A stretch of 64,000 nucleotides of DNA from Rubripirellula sp. (GTDB lineage Bacteria > Planctomycetota > Planctomycetia > Pirellulales > Pirellulaceae): positions 6,176,001 to 6,240,000 of the forward strand of contig OZ244207.1 in assembly GCA_965216875.1 (NCBI GenBank), given 5' to 3'. Position 1 is the stretch's first letter; each line of letters starts with the position of its first letter. Position numbers and translations under genes: made by a program. Below are positions 29,701 through 39,743 of this stretch, one piece after another. The notes under the pieces were generated by a model. The model was not told the DNA's origin. It worked only from the letters and a program-made list of their open reading frames with translations, and did no database searches.

Positions 29701-30629
29701 AACTGGCCTCCGCTCGAACGCAACTGACCGAGCATGACGGGGTCATCATGTTCGGCGGACGCGGTGCCTTCGCGCGACCAGGAAGCCAGCGTGGGCCAAC
29801 TCAACTCGCTAGTTGGTATCCGTATGAATTGCTCGACACGCTTCAGGAGTGTCTTGCAGTGATGAGGGCAAGTCAACGATCAAGCCGACTATCCCGGCCG
29901 CGTTCGGATCGATCCATCATGAAGAGTCTGTTGCAACAAAACCGGCATTGGAAGGTCGACACCCGACTCTTGATTCACTACCTGCTGGAAAGTGAAGTCA
30001 ACGCAACGTTCGTGAGCCGAGTGATCGAAGACGAAGATGAACTGCGACCGCTGCTAAGACATCCTTCCTTCCGCAGCTATGTCGGCCAATCACTGGTGCG
30101 TGCTGACAACCCAACTAGCCTGTACACCTTGTTCAGTACGTGGAAGCTAGGCCAAGCCGAGCCAAAGATCATCCAAGCCATGTTGGATTGGCTGGAAACG
30201 GGCGACGCACTCCATGTCCACTTTGCCTTCAGCCAACTTAGCGACATTGACAAACGCAACGACACAAACCGGATGGACACCACATGGGTTGCCCCGATCC
30301 TGTCTGCGATTGATCGACTCTCTGAATCCAGCGCGGTCAACGATCGCGAAATATCCTACCTACTTCAACTCGGCGACCAAGCGCCCAACGCGGTACCGGT
30401 TGCCGTCCGCTTTTTGGACCGCTGGCTCGAGACAACCGATCCCGCGGAAGAAGTCGACATTGATGATGACCTTGTTGAGATACTCAACCGAGATCTGGAG
30501 CAGGTCAAACCTCTGGCTCCAAAGATCGGCAAGTTCTTCGAAGTCGCGGCTGACGTCCGACGCACGAACCTTTGGTTGCTTTTGCAATCGTTGCAGGACT
30601 TCGTAAACGAAGAAGTGCTTCGCAAGTAG
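26793..30629 (+). CDS. Membrane-anchored Ser/Thr protein kinase with N-terminal zinc-binding anti-sigma-like motif
   Basis: HLVTCPKC (HxxxCxxC); LGRGGMSVV, VALK, HRDVKPSN, DFGLAR, GTLDYMAPE; TM segment; large helical C-terminal region. Confidence 0.93.
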   Translation: MMLATSCYSRDQLEDYLHGSVDDALSDAIESHLVTCPKCEDTLAELDEADDTLVRTLKLRQDSVIAPEPDWVQRVADAAYEGSSSADVEMDETSDQVLGDYVLERVLGRGGMSVVFAARHKHLGREVALKVLLPTNQQHAVSRDRFAREMRAVGVLDHAAIVRATDAGQCDDTLYLVMERVRGVDLNRVSKSLGPLPVAEVCKIGHEIALGLAHAHAKGVVHRDVKPSNVMLDDNANIKILDFGLARMQSGVCDVSLQTTMGQLLGTLDYMAPEQASGGEVGPQADLYALGATLFKLLAGIPPHGRSSELPIIEFLNRLATDEASAIDQFRADVPIELANLIAQLLTSDPSQRPSSANQVAEQLAAFAADANVDSIAVQAIAKLDETVEGEEFSVKATLSQLLAAHRKDDNDPSTTTSGTNQAAGGPRRFGPSDWIGLGLGAISLCGVIWLAIILTLKSEQGEIRIESDLEDVRVEIVDEKDRSDILAVQRGQAATTVSAGRYRIRLASPADGIEITPNNLQVTRGGIVIAKIKQTKTSESKSDPPTATPRMTAALEVVLAETEEQLQAAIDANNTERIRNLRTKLEELRIMSRPVPTEPVYQGRTLGDWIAQMRFEQESKSRELAENNVLRLAEIQPDSQHITLAMEVGARQFEWKSRTIAAQLLYDLSPDGSADNLTKIATHIVDVDRTIADEQLRQLLSGEDRKLRDYALTLCSDLRISIQQGQWPKTFAALRALAATQSESETQDHARQIVLAICEPDASAATHRLDQLDANSLSEDELTLVLYVIHERRFEVDRSRHVELLAQWFDRIEYDPGPYPSYGPLSRFWYQASVGPFIGLDVGNINEKTQNELNQVLTPLITSLQRAVNDAEKSPHDAKLNRAAASKSLSLSTLLREIPLTGSAREQAAKALDQRLDQLIRFRAESDVPPMNTMDSPSSVSSILLLLTGSVPEQLTRDSSGENGWMAKELASARTQLTEHDGVIMFGGRGAFARPGSQRGPTQLASWYPYELLDTLQECLAVMRASQRSSRLSRPRSDRSIMKSLLQQNRHWKVDTRLLIHYLLESEVNATFVSRVIEDEDELRPLLRHPSFRSYVGQSLVRADNPTSLYTLFSTWKLGQAEPKIIQAMLDWLETGDALHVHFAFSQLSDIDKRNDTNRMDTTWVAPILSAIDRLSESSAVNDREISYLLQLGDQAPNAVPVAVRFLDRWLETTDPAEEVDIDDDLVEILNRDLEQVKPLAPKIGKFFEVAADVRRTNLWLLLQSLQDFVNEEVLRK

Positions 30630-30656
30630 ACTGGCCAGACTGCAACGTGCGACCGT

Positions 30657-31085
30657 TTACTTTACGCCAGCAAGTTCGATTTCCGCAGCCAGCCGATCGG
30701 CCTTGGCCAGTAAACGCTGTTCAGCTTGGGCCGCGCCAACATCGAAGAGTTGTTTGGTCGCCGCCTCGAGTTCGCGTAGGTTCGCAACACGGTCACTGCG
30801 AAACTTCTTTTCTTTTGCTTTGTCCGTGCCCTTGACGATCTCGATTTCCGCAAGGAGCAACTTGTCGCGAGCCTTGATCATCTCGGCAAAGTCAGCTTGT
30901 CCAGACCGGTATCGTTCTTCGATCAATTCGCTGAACTGACGAACAACATCTCGATACTCTTTTTTCAACTCGATCACTTCGCCCGAAGTCGTCTTGTTTG
31001 GCTCTTCCGAAACGACCTGATTTGCCAACAGACTCACCAAAATCACCACCATACACGTGGTCACTAATGCAATCGTGGATTTCAT
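30657..31085 (-). CDS. Secreted helical hypothetical protein
   Basis: Signal peptide; two similar helical repeats resembling outer-membrane efflux protein helices. Confidence 0.7.
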   Translation of the reverse strand: MKSTIALVTTCMVVILVSLLANQVVSEEPNKTTSGEVIELKKEYRDVVRQFSELIEERYRSGQADFAEMIKARDKLLLAEIEIVKGTDKAKEKKFRSDRVANLRELEAATKQLFDVGAAQAEQRLLAKADRLAAEIELAGVK

Positions 31086-31213
31086 CGTTCGTTCTCGCTT
31101 TTTGAGTGATCCAGCAACCGACCACTGGGTATTCTAAACCGAGACCGTACGCGGTACCGACTCAAACCAGATCAAAACCAAACTCTCGATACCGATTCAT
31201 CCACGGAGCCGAA

Positions 31214-32668
31214 ATGATGAAGCGTCGCCAATTCCTTTCAGGTGTCAGTGCCGCGAGTCTCGCAGCGGGTTTGCCGAGTGGTCGTGCTTGGAGCCAGCAT
31301 CAACATGCCGATCACAACCACGCGCACGAACACTGTCATCCGACCTATGAATCGATCGAAGCCGCGATGACCGCACCGCGTGAAACGCATGCGTTCGTAC
31401 CAGCCATACGCGTCGGCACCAAATCGTCGGGAAAATCGGACTACATGGCGACTGTGGATGTTGACCCGGCTTCGGCTGATTATGGAAAGGTGGTCGGCCG
31501 GTTTTCACTTCCACACCCGGGCGACGAACTTCATCACTACGGCTGGAACGCTTGCAGTAGCTGCCACGGCGAGCGACATCGACGCTACTTGGTTGTGCCT
31601 GGGTTGGCATCTGGCAATATCTACATCGTGGACGCCGTTGATCCAACCAACCTGCAGCTACACAAGACGATTCAAGCCGAAGAGATTGCGAAGAAGGCCA
31701 ATCTCTCGACCCCACACACCGTGCATTGCCGCGCTGACGGTGTGATCATGATTTCGATGCTGGGCGACGCGGAAGGCAACGCGCCTGGCGGATTCCTTGA
31801 AATCGACTCGGACTTTTCCGTCGCGGGACGCTGGGAGGCGTCACTGGAGGGCATGAACTTCAACTATGACTTTTGGTACCAGCCGCGTCATAACGTGATG
31901 GTCAGCAGCGAGTGGGCGGCGCCCAACACAGTCAAGAATGGCTTCCAACTCGAAGATGTCGAAGCTGGAAAGTACGGCCACCATCTGCACTTCTGGGATT
32001 GGGAACAAAAGAAGATTGCTCAGTCGGTCGACCTTGGCGCCGAAGGAATGATTCCACTTGAAGTCCGTTTTCACCATGATCCCGACAGCACTCATGGGTA
32101 CGTCGGCGCGGCGCTCAGCAGCGCAATCTTTCATTGGCACAAACATGCCGATCAATGGGTTGCCGAAAAAGTGGTTCAGGTCGAACCGATCGAAACCGAA
32201 GGCTGGCCGTTCCCGGTTCCTGGATTGATCACCGATGTGATCCTGTCACTTGATGACAAGTACCTGTACTTTTCGAACTGGTTGCATGGTGATTTGCGGC
32301 AATACGACATTAGCGATCCAAGCCAGCCAAAACTGACCGGCCAGGTTTGGCTTGGCGGCGTGGTCGGAAAGCCCTCTGAGCTGGCTGGCCGCAACACCAC
32401 CGGCGGTCCGCAAATGATTCAGCTCAGCTTGGACGGCAAGCGTCTTTACGTCACCAGCTCACTCTATAGCGTTTGGGACAACCAGTTTTACCCTTCGATG
32501 GCAGAGTCGGGTTCTTGGATGGTTGCGATCGATTGCGACACCGAAAACGGCGGGATGAAACTTCGCGATGATTTCTTTGTCGACTTCGGCAAAGAACCCG
32601 GAGGCCCGGCTCGGGCTCATGAGATCCGCTTCCCGGGTGGCGACTCAACTTCCGACATCTGGGTCTAA
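31214..32668 (+). CDS. Selenium-binding protein SBP56 family (methanethiol oxidase-like) with Tat signal
   Basis: KRRQFL Tat motif; DELHHYGWNACSSC, YDFWYQPRHNVMVSSEW, GGPQMIQLSLDGKRLYVT, HEIRFPGGDSTSDIW. Confidence 0.92.
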   Translation: MMKRRQFLSGVSAASLAAGLPSGRAWSQHQHADHNHAHEHCHPTYESIEAAMTAPRETHAFVPAIRVGTKSSGKSDYMATVDVDPASADYGKVVGRFSLPHPGDELHHYGWNACSSCHGERHRRYLVVPGLASGNIYIVDAVDPTNLQLHKTIQAEEIAKKANLSTPHTVHCRADGVIMISMLGDAEGNAPGGFLEIDSDFSVAGRWEASLEGMNFNYDFWYQPRHNVMVSSEWAAPNTVKNGFQLEDVEAGKYGHHLHFWDWEQKKIAQSVDLGAEGMIPLEVRFHHDPDSTHGYVGAALSSAIFHWHKHADQWVAEKVVQVEPIETEGWPFPVPGLITDVILSLDDKYLYFSNWLHGDLRQYDISDPSQPKLTGQVWLGGVVGKPSELAGRNTTGGPQMIQLSLDGKRLYVTSSLYSVWDNQFYPSMAESGSWMVAIDCDTENGGMKLRDDFFVDFGKEPGGPARAHEIRFPGGDSTSDIWV

Positions 32669-32757
32669 GCCGACAACCAGTTCGTGGTGAAGCGTGGAGC
32701 GGAGCAAACTCGCGCTTTGGACTACCGCTTCGACGTTGTTTCGATCATCCTCGATGC

Positions 32758-34008
32758 ATGAACGAATCCTCGTCAGAAGCACCGACACAACCTACGCCCA
32801 TAGATCATGCAACCCAGACTTTCTGGGCATTCCCTCGATACTGGGCGGGATGCCTACTAGTTCTGATTGGTGTTTCCTATCGCCTCTGGATTCCACCCGA
32901 CCTCTACCCTGCCCTTCCCTTGCACGGTGTCTTTGGTGCACTTCCGTCGGTGACTCACTGGCTCGCGCTCGGGTTTCTGATCGCATCGATCGTTGCCATT
33001 GCGATCGCCCCGATGCGTTTGCGACTGGCTTGGTGGATGGTCGCCTTTTCTCTGCTGATCTTGTTTGCGCTCGACCAACACCGACTACAGCCGTGGGCGT
33101 ACCAGTCTTTTATCTATGCGATCATCTTTGGATCGATGCGTGATCCGATGCTCGCTCGGCGTTTGGTTTTTCCGGTCGCGATTAGCGTCTACTTCTTCAG
33201 CGGACTCGGGAAGCTTGATTACCAATTTGCCTACTCGGTCGGCCAAGATTTTCTTCAGGCTGCTGCTGCGCCAATGGGTGGATTACCCGACGGCGTCTCT
33301 TTGGATCTTCGGGCGAAGCTCGCGCTTGTGATGCCGGCAGCAGAAGTGATTGCGGCCCTTCTGTTGGTGTTTCGAGTGAGTCGAACGATTGGTGGCGCGT
33401 TGCTGATTATCATGCATGTAAGTCTGATCGCGCTGCTGGGCCCTTGGAACATGGATCATTCCAACGGTGTGCTTGTTTGGAATGCAACTCTGATTGGTCA
33501 AGCATGGTTGTTGTTTCTCAAGAAACCAACTGACTCGGTCCCATCAACCAACTTACTGCGTCACACGCCGATTCCCACGATGGTGGTGGTCGCACTTGCC
33601 ACCTTGGCGCCACTGTCGGAACGCAATGGATATTGGGACCATTGGTTATCGTGGGCTCTCTATTCGCCTCATAGCAGTCGAGTGGACGCAGAGATCCATC
33701 AGTCGGCTGTCGGAAAACTCCATCCTTCGTTGGTAGCCTGCCTCGAAGAAGATCGCAACGAGGATGGTTGGCAAGAACTATCACTGACCCAGTGGTCACT
33801 TGATCAGCGTGGTGTGCCAACGTACCCGCAAGCCAGATATCAACTTGGCCTGCTCAGCGAAATCGCTGAGAGGGCCGAATTGAGACGTGCGATCCGAGGT
33901 CAAATCAAGAGTGTTTCCAATCGCTGGACGGGTGATCGCGAAACCAAGCCCCTCCTGGGAAACTATGAGTTTCTAACGGCCAAACGCGACTACTGGTTTC
34001 TGCCCTAG
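32758..34008 (+). CDS. Multi-pass membrane protein (HTTM/MauE-DoxX-like)
   Basis: Many TM segments; LDQHRLQPWAY, YFFSGLGK, MH and WALYS motifs. Confidence 0.65.
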   Translation: MNESSSEAPTQPTPIDHATQTFWAFPRYWAGCLLVLIGVSYRLWIPPDLYPALPLHGVFGALPSVTHWLALGFLIASIVAIAIAPMRLRLAWWMVAFSLLILFALDQHRLQPWAYQSFIYAIIFGSMRDPMLARRLVFPVAISVYFFSGLGKLDYQFAYSVGQDFLQAAAAPMGGLPDGVSLDLRAKLALVMPAAEVIAALLLVFRVSRTIGGALLIIMHVSLIALLGPWNMDHSNGVLVWNATLIGQAWLLFLKKPTDSVPSTNLLRHTPIPTMVVVALATLAPLSERNGYWDHWLSWALYSPHSSRVDAEIHQSAVGKLHPSLVACLEEDRNEDGWQELSLTQWSLDQRGVPTYPQARYQLGLLSEIAERAELRRAIRGQIKSVSNRWTGDRETKPLLGNYEFLTAKRDYWFLP

Positions 34009-34265
34009 ATACCCATCTGCTGGAGGATATCGGCGATCCGTCCAAGCGATTCTGTGAGCACAGGATGGGACTCTTCAAAGCGTTTCGCCGAGCTGGTCAC
34101 GCGGCTGCTTAGCGTTTCGCTGGCGTCTTCTTGCTGACTTAGAACAGCCTGAATTCGCGACACCGTTTCCTTGAGTCCGTCGACGTCCTCGTTATCGAGA
34201 TCGTCAGTGCTCGCCAACTCGTGACGCAAGGTTTCCAGCGCGGCCGTCAATTCTTCATGGCTCAT
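34005..34265 (-). CDS. DUF4404 family protein
   Basis: L..L..EL N-terminus and FEESHPVL...LGRIADILQQMGI C-terminus. Confidence 0.8.
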   Translation of the reverse strand: MSHEELTAALETLRHELASTDDLDNEDVDGLKETVSRIQAVLSQQEDASETLSSRVTSSAKRFEESHPVLTESLGRIADILQQMGI

Positions 34266-34413
34266 TGTCGAACATTCCAAGCATCGATTACAGATTCTTA
34301 AACGCCTCCATTCTAGCCGATCGCTCTCGCGGGTGAAGTTGAAGCGGAGAGCTGATTTCGAGTTAGAATGGATTCAGCAGGCGTTTCCCTTATCTTTTTT
34401 CATCATCAATGCC

Positions 34414-34749
34414 ATGCGTCTATTTCAAAACATCCAATCCAACCGATTGCTGTATGCCAAAGGCGTGCTCTTTCTGGTGTTGGCCGTCATTGCCGCTGCC
34501 ATGCTGATCAGCCGAGCACCGCGGCTTGATATTGCTGCGCTCTTGCTGATTTGTATTTGGGCGAGCTGCCGCAGCTACTACTTCGCATTCTACGTGATCG
34601 AGCATTACGTCGATGGCAAGTATCGATTTGCAGGTTTGTTCGACTTCTGCAAATACATCGCAGGTGGTCAAGGTGAATTGGCCAACGAGGTAGGCTGCAA
34701 CAACAATGACGTCGTCACCAACAACACTCAGGGCGAAGCTCATGAGTGA
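34414..34749 (+). CDS. Small hypothetical membrane protein
   Basis: YAKGVLFL...IWASCRSYYFAFYVIEHYVD..Y.FAGL; overlaps start of next gene. Confidence 0.75.
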   Translation: MRLFQNIQSNRLLYAKGVLFLVLAVIAAAMLISRAPRLDIAALLLICIWASCRSYYFAFYVIEHYVDGKYRFAGLFDFCKYIAGGQGELANEVGCNNNDVVTNNTQGEAHE

Positions 34750-36736
34750 TGCAGGTCCCTCGAACAAAGGTGCAAAGCCGTCAGGAAATGCGTCCAAGAA
34801 TCCCTGGAGCCTACGGGACGTCGATGGATCCATCACACAGCTAAGCGAGCAGAAGCTTTACAAGCGTTTGATCGCCGCTGGCGACGACATTGAAAAGATG
34901 TCGGTCCGTCGTAGCGACAGCGGCTGGCATCCTGCGAAAGCCGTTTTGCAGAAATATGAACGGCTACAGGCCGAAGGCATCTATTTGCGGGTCGACGGTC
35001 ACGTGGATGGCCCTTTCACTGCAATGAAAAGCATGGAGTTGTTGCGGGAGTCTGACTCGGTCAATCAGATGCAGGCCAAAGTGGGACTCCATTCGGATTG
35101 GTTTCCGGCCAAGCGTCTGTTACGAAGACTCGAAAAACTGACGGCCGAAAAGGAGGGTACCGAGCAAGCGAATCCGCCTGGCGATGACAAAAGCGGATCG
35201 TCAGACAGCTTGGGTGAATCGGACATCATCGACGCGCGACTCATCATCGATGATCTGGAGGATGAAGAGGTCATCGACGTCGACGTTGACCTGGACGATT
35301 CAGATACCGAAACCGAGCGGAAGCCCGACAATGATCACGATGAAGACGAACTGGTATCGGTTCAAATCATCGAGGACGCATCCGCTTCGAACTCAGACAA
35401 CTTGGTCAAGGTTGAATTGATTGAGGACGACGATCAGGTCAAGGTCGAAATCATCGAAGATCAACCGGCCAACAAGCCCGTCGTCGCGCCTGTCGTGGCG
35501 CCTGTCGCCACACCCGCGAACAAGACGGCTCAACCAATGGCGCCCGCGGCGAAAACGCCCGATACCAAGAAGGTCAAACCAACTCCAGCCGACACAAAAT
35601 CGGAAGCAGCGCAACCCACCACAACCGCTGACGACGCCGCAAAACTCCCCGTCGCAAAACCGGTGAAAGTCGAGGCCACCCCCGCAACGCCTGTTGCAAA
35701 ACCGGTCACCGCAACGCCTGTTGCCAAGCCGGTCACCGTAACACCTGTTACCAAGCCGGTCTCCGAAACGCCCGTTGCCAAAACGACACCCGTTGCGACG
35801 CCCGTGGTCGTGCAACCCGTTGTTGCAGCGCCTGTTGCACCCCAACCTGCGCCGGCCGTTCCCGTCGTCACACCAAAACCGAAGCGCCCCGATCGGTACA
35901 CGTCGACCACGCGGCGACCTGAGCCGAAAACGCGTCAGGCAAAGATCATCGCAGGCATCGGTGCTGCCGGGCTGTTCTTGTTGATCTGCATCGGCGGGGG
36001 CGTGATGTGGCTTGTCGCCAGTCTCAACAAAAACGCGCCAATTGAAGATTCAAACGCGTCGCTGACTTCCGCAGCGTCAGATCAGGATTCGATCGCCGAG
36101 GTCGCGTTGGAGCCGCCGGTCCTTCGCGAAGGCACGATCTATCGTCCAACGATTCGAACCGGGATCGGTGAAGCGAAAGGTGGGATTCTTTTTTCGGCCC
36201 GGTTGGGACGATCCAATCAGTTGCTTCTTATTGGCGCGGCCAGCTTGCTCGGTCCGAACAACGGTTTGGAACGTCAACTTCGTGGCGCCGAGGTACTGAT
36301 TCACTTCAAAGAGCTTACCGTCCAGGATTGCCTGAGTAAGAAGAGCGAAAAGGCAAACGGCAGTCCACTTCGCATTCGTAGCACCGCCGAATACCCCGAG
36401 TTTTCCCAAAGCGGCGACGCTTTTGCGTTCGCGACCGAAGGCCACATGGGTCTCGACCCTCTGTCAGTCGGCCGCCAGGACGCAAAGGTTGGCGATCGGA
36501 TTTGGTTGCTCGCGCCCGTCGCTGGGCGGGAAACGATGACGCATCCCGGCGAGATCATTGGCCGACAAGACGATTGGTTGCTGTACCAACTTGACAACGT
36601 CAACCTGTCGACCAGTTCCGTTGTTGGTGCGCCGATCATCACCGACGACCGCGAAGTGCTAGGCATTCATGTTGCGGTCGACGGTTCCACCAACGTCGCA
36701 TCGCCGATCAACATGTTGGTGCCGGCGATCGAATAG
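34742..36736 (+). CDS. Hypothetical protein: GYF_2-like N-terminus, acidic and Pro/Val/Thr-rich linker, TM, degenerate trypsin-like C-terminal domain
   Basis: Y.RVDGHVDGPFT and W.PA motifs, low-complexity linker, single TM, GD....VGDRIWL...GAPII. Confidence 0.72.
   Translation: MSDAGPSNKGAKPSGNASKNPWSLRDVDGSITQLSEQKLYKRLIAAGDDIEKMSVRRSDSGWHPAKAVLQKYERLQAEGIYLRVDGHVDGPFTAMKSMELLRESDSVNQMQAKVGLHSDWFPAKRLLRRLEKLTAEKEGTEQANPPGDDKSGSSDSLGESDIIDARLIIDDLEDEEVIDVDVDLDDSDTETERKPDNDHDEDELVSVQIIEDASASNSDNLVKVELIEDDDQVKVEIIEDQPANKPVVAPVVAPVATPANKTAQPMAPAAKTPDTKKVKPTPADTKSEAAQPTTTADDAAKLPVAKPVKVEATPATPVAKPVTATPVAKPVTVTPVTKPVSETPVAKTTPVATPVVVQPVVAAPVAPQPAPAVPVVTPKPKRPDRYTSTTRRPEPKTRQAKIIAGIGAAGLFLLICIGGGVMWLVASLNKNAPIEDSNASLTSAASDQDSIAEVALEPPVLREGTIYRPTIRTGIGEAKGGILFSARLGRSNQLLLIGAASLLGPNNGLERQLRGAEVLIHFKELTVQDCLSKKSEKANGSPLRIRSTAEYPEFSQSGDAFAFATEGHMGLDPLSVGRQDAKVGDRIWLLAPVAGRETMTHPGEIIGRQDDWLLYQLDNVNLSTSSVVGAPIITDDREVLGIHVAVDGSTNVASPINMLVPAIE
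35682..35784. repeat. Imperfect 27-bp tandem repeat (~3.8 copies, ATPVAKPVT)
   Basis: CCGCAACGCCTGTTGC(A/C)AA(A/G)CCGGTCA units at 35682, 35709, 35736 and 35763. Confidence 0.85.
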
Positions 36737-36747
36737 GCATCTGGGTC

Positions 36748-37887
<1,140 letters not shown>

Positions 37888-37947
37888 CGTTTTTGATTCA
37901 AAAGGTATTTACGTAGAAAGCTTGTTGTAAGGATCTGGTGAAGCGAA

Positions 37948-39003
37948 TTACTCGTTCCAGCCATGTGCATCTTGGACTGACAGCATCGCGGCGAGAATGC
38001 TGTTCCAGGTTTCAGGTTTGGACATGACGTCGTTGGGGAACATACAGCCGTCCCAACAGATATGGCGGCATGTGGTCAGCACGTCGCCATGCTCATCGCG
38101 CAACCAGAAGCCGGCGTCATGAGCAATGTCAAGTTTCCCATTGGGATCATCGGGCAAACAGTGGCGTCCCGTCTTGTCGTGACTGCCCGTGCCATGAACC
38201 GTCGCGTCATTTTGAGCGACGTGGAAGTCGATCGTCCAGGGGCGCAGTGCGTGCGTGAGTTCTTTCAGCGCCGCGTTCTTCTTTTCGACATCGTCCCAAG
38301 CGAATCCTTCCGGCAAGATCGCATCTTCAGGTGCGTTGTAGCCGAGAAGGTAAAGCAAGGTGTGAGCCATGTCAGCTTGGAACCCAAAGCGCTCTGGGTG
38401 ACCAACGCGTTCGAGCAAGTCGACCATCTTTCGCCAACTCTGCATGCCACCCCAGCAGATTTCGCCCTCGGCGGCCAAACGCTCGTCGTACTCTTCGGCA
38501 ATATCAACGGCTGCCTTGAGCGTGTCGGCAATCTTTGACTGATTCGCTTCAGGATCCTTGACCCATTCTTCGACCGAAGTCGCTGTGTCGAGTCGCACGA
38601 CCCCGTAAGGTCGCACACCGAGTTCACGAAGCTTCTTTGCAATCGTGCATCCCTTGCGAACCTGAGTAAGAAACGCGTCAATCGCGTCGCGATCACCAGC
38701 GGCCGAACCGCCGCCGGTCGGTTCCCAAACGGGAGCCACGACACTGCCGACGACCAAGCCGCGGCTCTTCACGCGTTCGGCCAAGTCTTCCAATTCGGCA
38801 TCGGTCGCATCAATCGAAACGTGCGGGTCGTAAAGAAAAACATCGACACCGTCAAACTTGCGACCATCCACTTCGGCAGCCGCGGTCATGTCCAACATGG
38901 TGTCGAGCTCGATGCAAGGATCATTGCCCTCGCCACCTTTGCCGACCACGCCAGGCCAAGCCGCATTGTGAAGTTTTGGAAATTGATTGGGGTGATCAGT
39001 CAT
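37948..39003 (-). CDS. Sugar phosphate isomerase/epimerase (xylose-isomerase-like TIM barrel)
   Basis: FDGVD, LAAEGE, QADMAH, FHVAQND motifs. Confidence 0.82.
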   Translation of the reverse strand: MTDHPNQFPKLHNAAWPGVVGKGGEGNDPCIELDTMLDMTAAAEVDGRKFDGVDVFLYDPHVSIDATDAELEDLAERVKSRGLVVGSVVAPVWEPTGGGSAAGDRDAIDAFLTQVRKGCTIAKKLRELGVRPYGVVRLDTATSVEEWVKDPEANQSKIADTLKAAVDIAEEYDERLAAEGEICWGGMQSWRKMVDLLERVGHPERFGFQADMAHTLLYLLGYNAPEDAILPEGFAWDDVEKKNAALKELTHALRPWTIDFHVAQNDATVHGTGSHDKTGRHCLPDDPNGKLDIAHDAGFWLRDEHGDVLTTCRHICWDGCMFPNDVMSKPETWNSILAAMLSVQDAHGWNE

Positions 39004-39058
39004 GATTCTATTTTTGCTTGAGGTTGGTTGGTGATTTTTTGTTTTTGTAGTTCCAGTC

Positions 39059-39107
39059 CTCGTTCCCACGCTCTGCGTGGGAACGCAATCTTGCCCGCTC
39101 CGCGGGC
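39059..39107 (+). repeat. REP element (left of RAYT)
   Basis: CTCGTTCCCACGCTCTGCGTGGGAACGCA palindrome plus CCGCTCCGCGG tail. Confidence 0.85.
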
Positions 39108-39119
39108 CGCCGCCTTCCT

Positions 39120-39653
39120 CTACATCCAGTCAGTCGTCACTTCGATCAGCCCAGGTTGCTGAGCAAAATTCCTGGCGCTGGAATAACGCCAATCCACAGG
39201 ATCATCAACGTAACCACGGCGGACTGGATTGTAGTGAATGTACTCGAGCTTCTGCCACATAATCGAATCGGTGCGCATTTGCTTGGGTTGCTTGCCCTCC
39301 TGCCAAAGCTGATACCGACGATCGGTTTTGTGACGCAAACGGTGCATGTTCAGTTGCCGTAGCAACGAACTCTCACCGCGCGCTTTTAAACCGTCAATAA
39401 CCTTTCGAGCTGTGTAGGACCGACACCTCGCGAACGTGTCTGCGATCCGGTCACCACAAGCGATGAGGTGCAAGTGGTTTTCGAGGATGCAGTATCCAAG
39501 TAGCTCTAGCTCGCTGTTTTCGTGAAGGAACCTCCAACTATTGAGGACTTCTTCCACTGCCCACGGTCGAGTAAAGACCGATAACCAGCCATTGATCGTC
39601 CAGGTGGTGAAATAAGGATATTCATTTTCAACAATCCGATATCGCGTTCGCAT
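39120..39653 (-). mobile_element. REP-associated tyrosine transposase (RAYT / TnpA-REP)
   Basis: YFTT, HUH motif ENHLHLI, LWQEG, catalytic KLEYIHYNPVRRG, WRYSSA; flanked by inverted REPs. Confidence 0.92.
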
Positions 39654-39682
39654 GTCTGCCCCACTTGCGTACGTCGGAGTAA

Positions 39683-39730
39683 GCCGCGGAGCGGCCGGTT
39701 ATGCGTTACCACGCGGAGCATGGTAACGAG
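39683..39730 (-). repeat. REP element (right of RAYT, inverted relative to left copy)
   Basis: Reverse complement CTCGTTACCATGCTCCGCGTGGTAACGCA...CCGCTCCGCGG. Confidence 0.85.
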
Positions 39731-39743
39731 GTTCGAGGTTCGC

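Noticed and set aside
31214..32668. Selenoprotein (Sec recoding)
   Set aside because: No in-frame TGA; the SBP56 family name does not imply selenocysteine
35393..35910. Minus-strand repetitive ORFs (TGVAT / NRR repeats)
   Set aside because: Antisense readings of the PV-rich linker of the plus-strand gene
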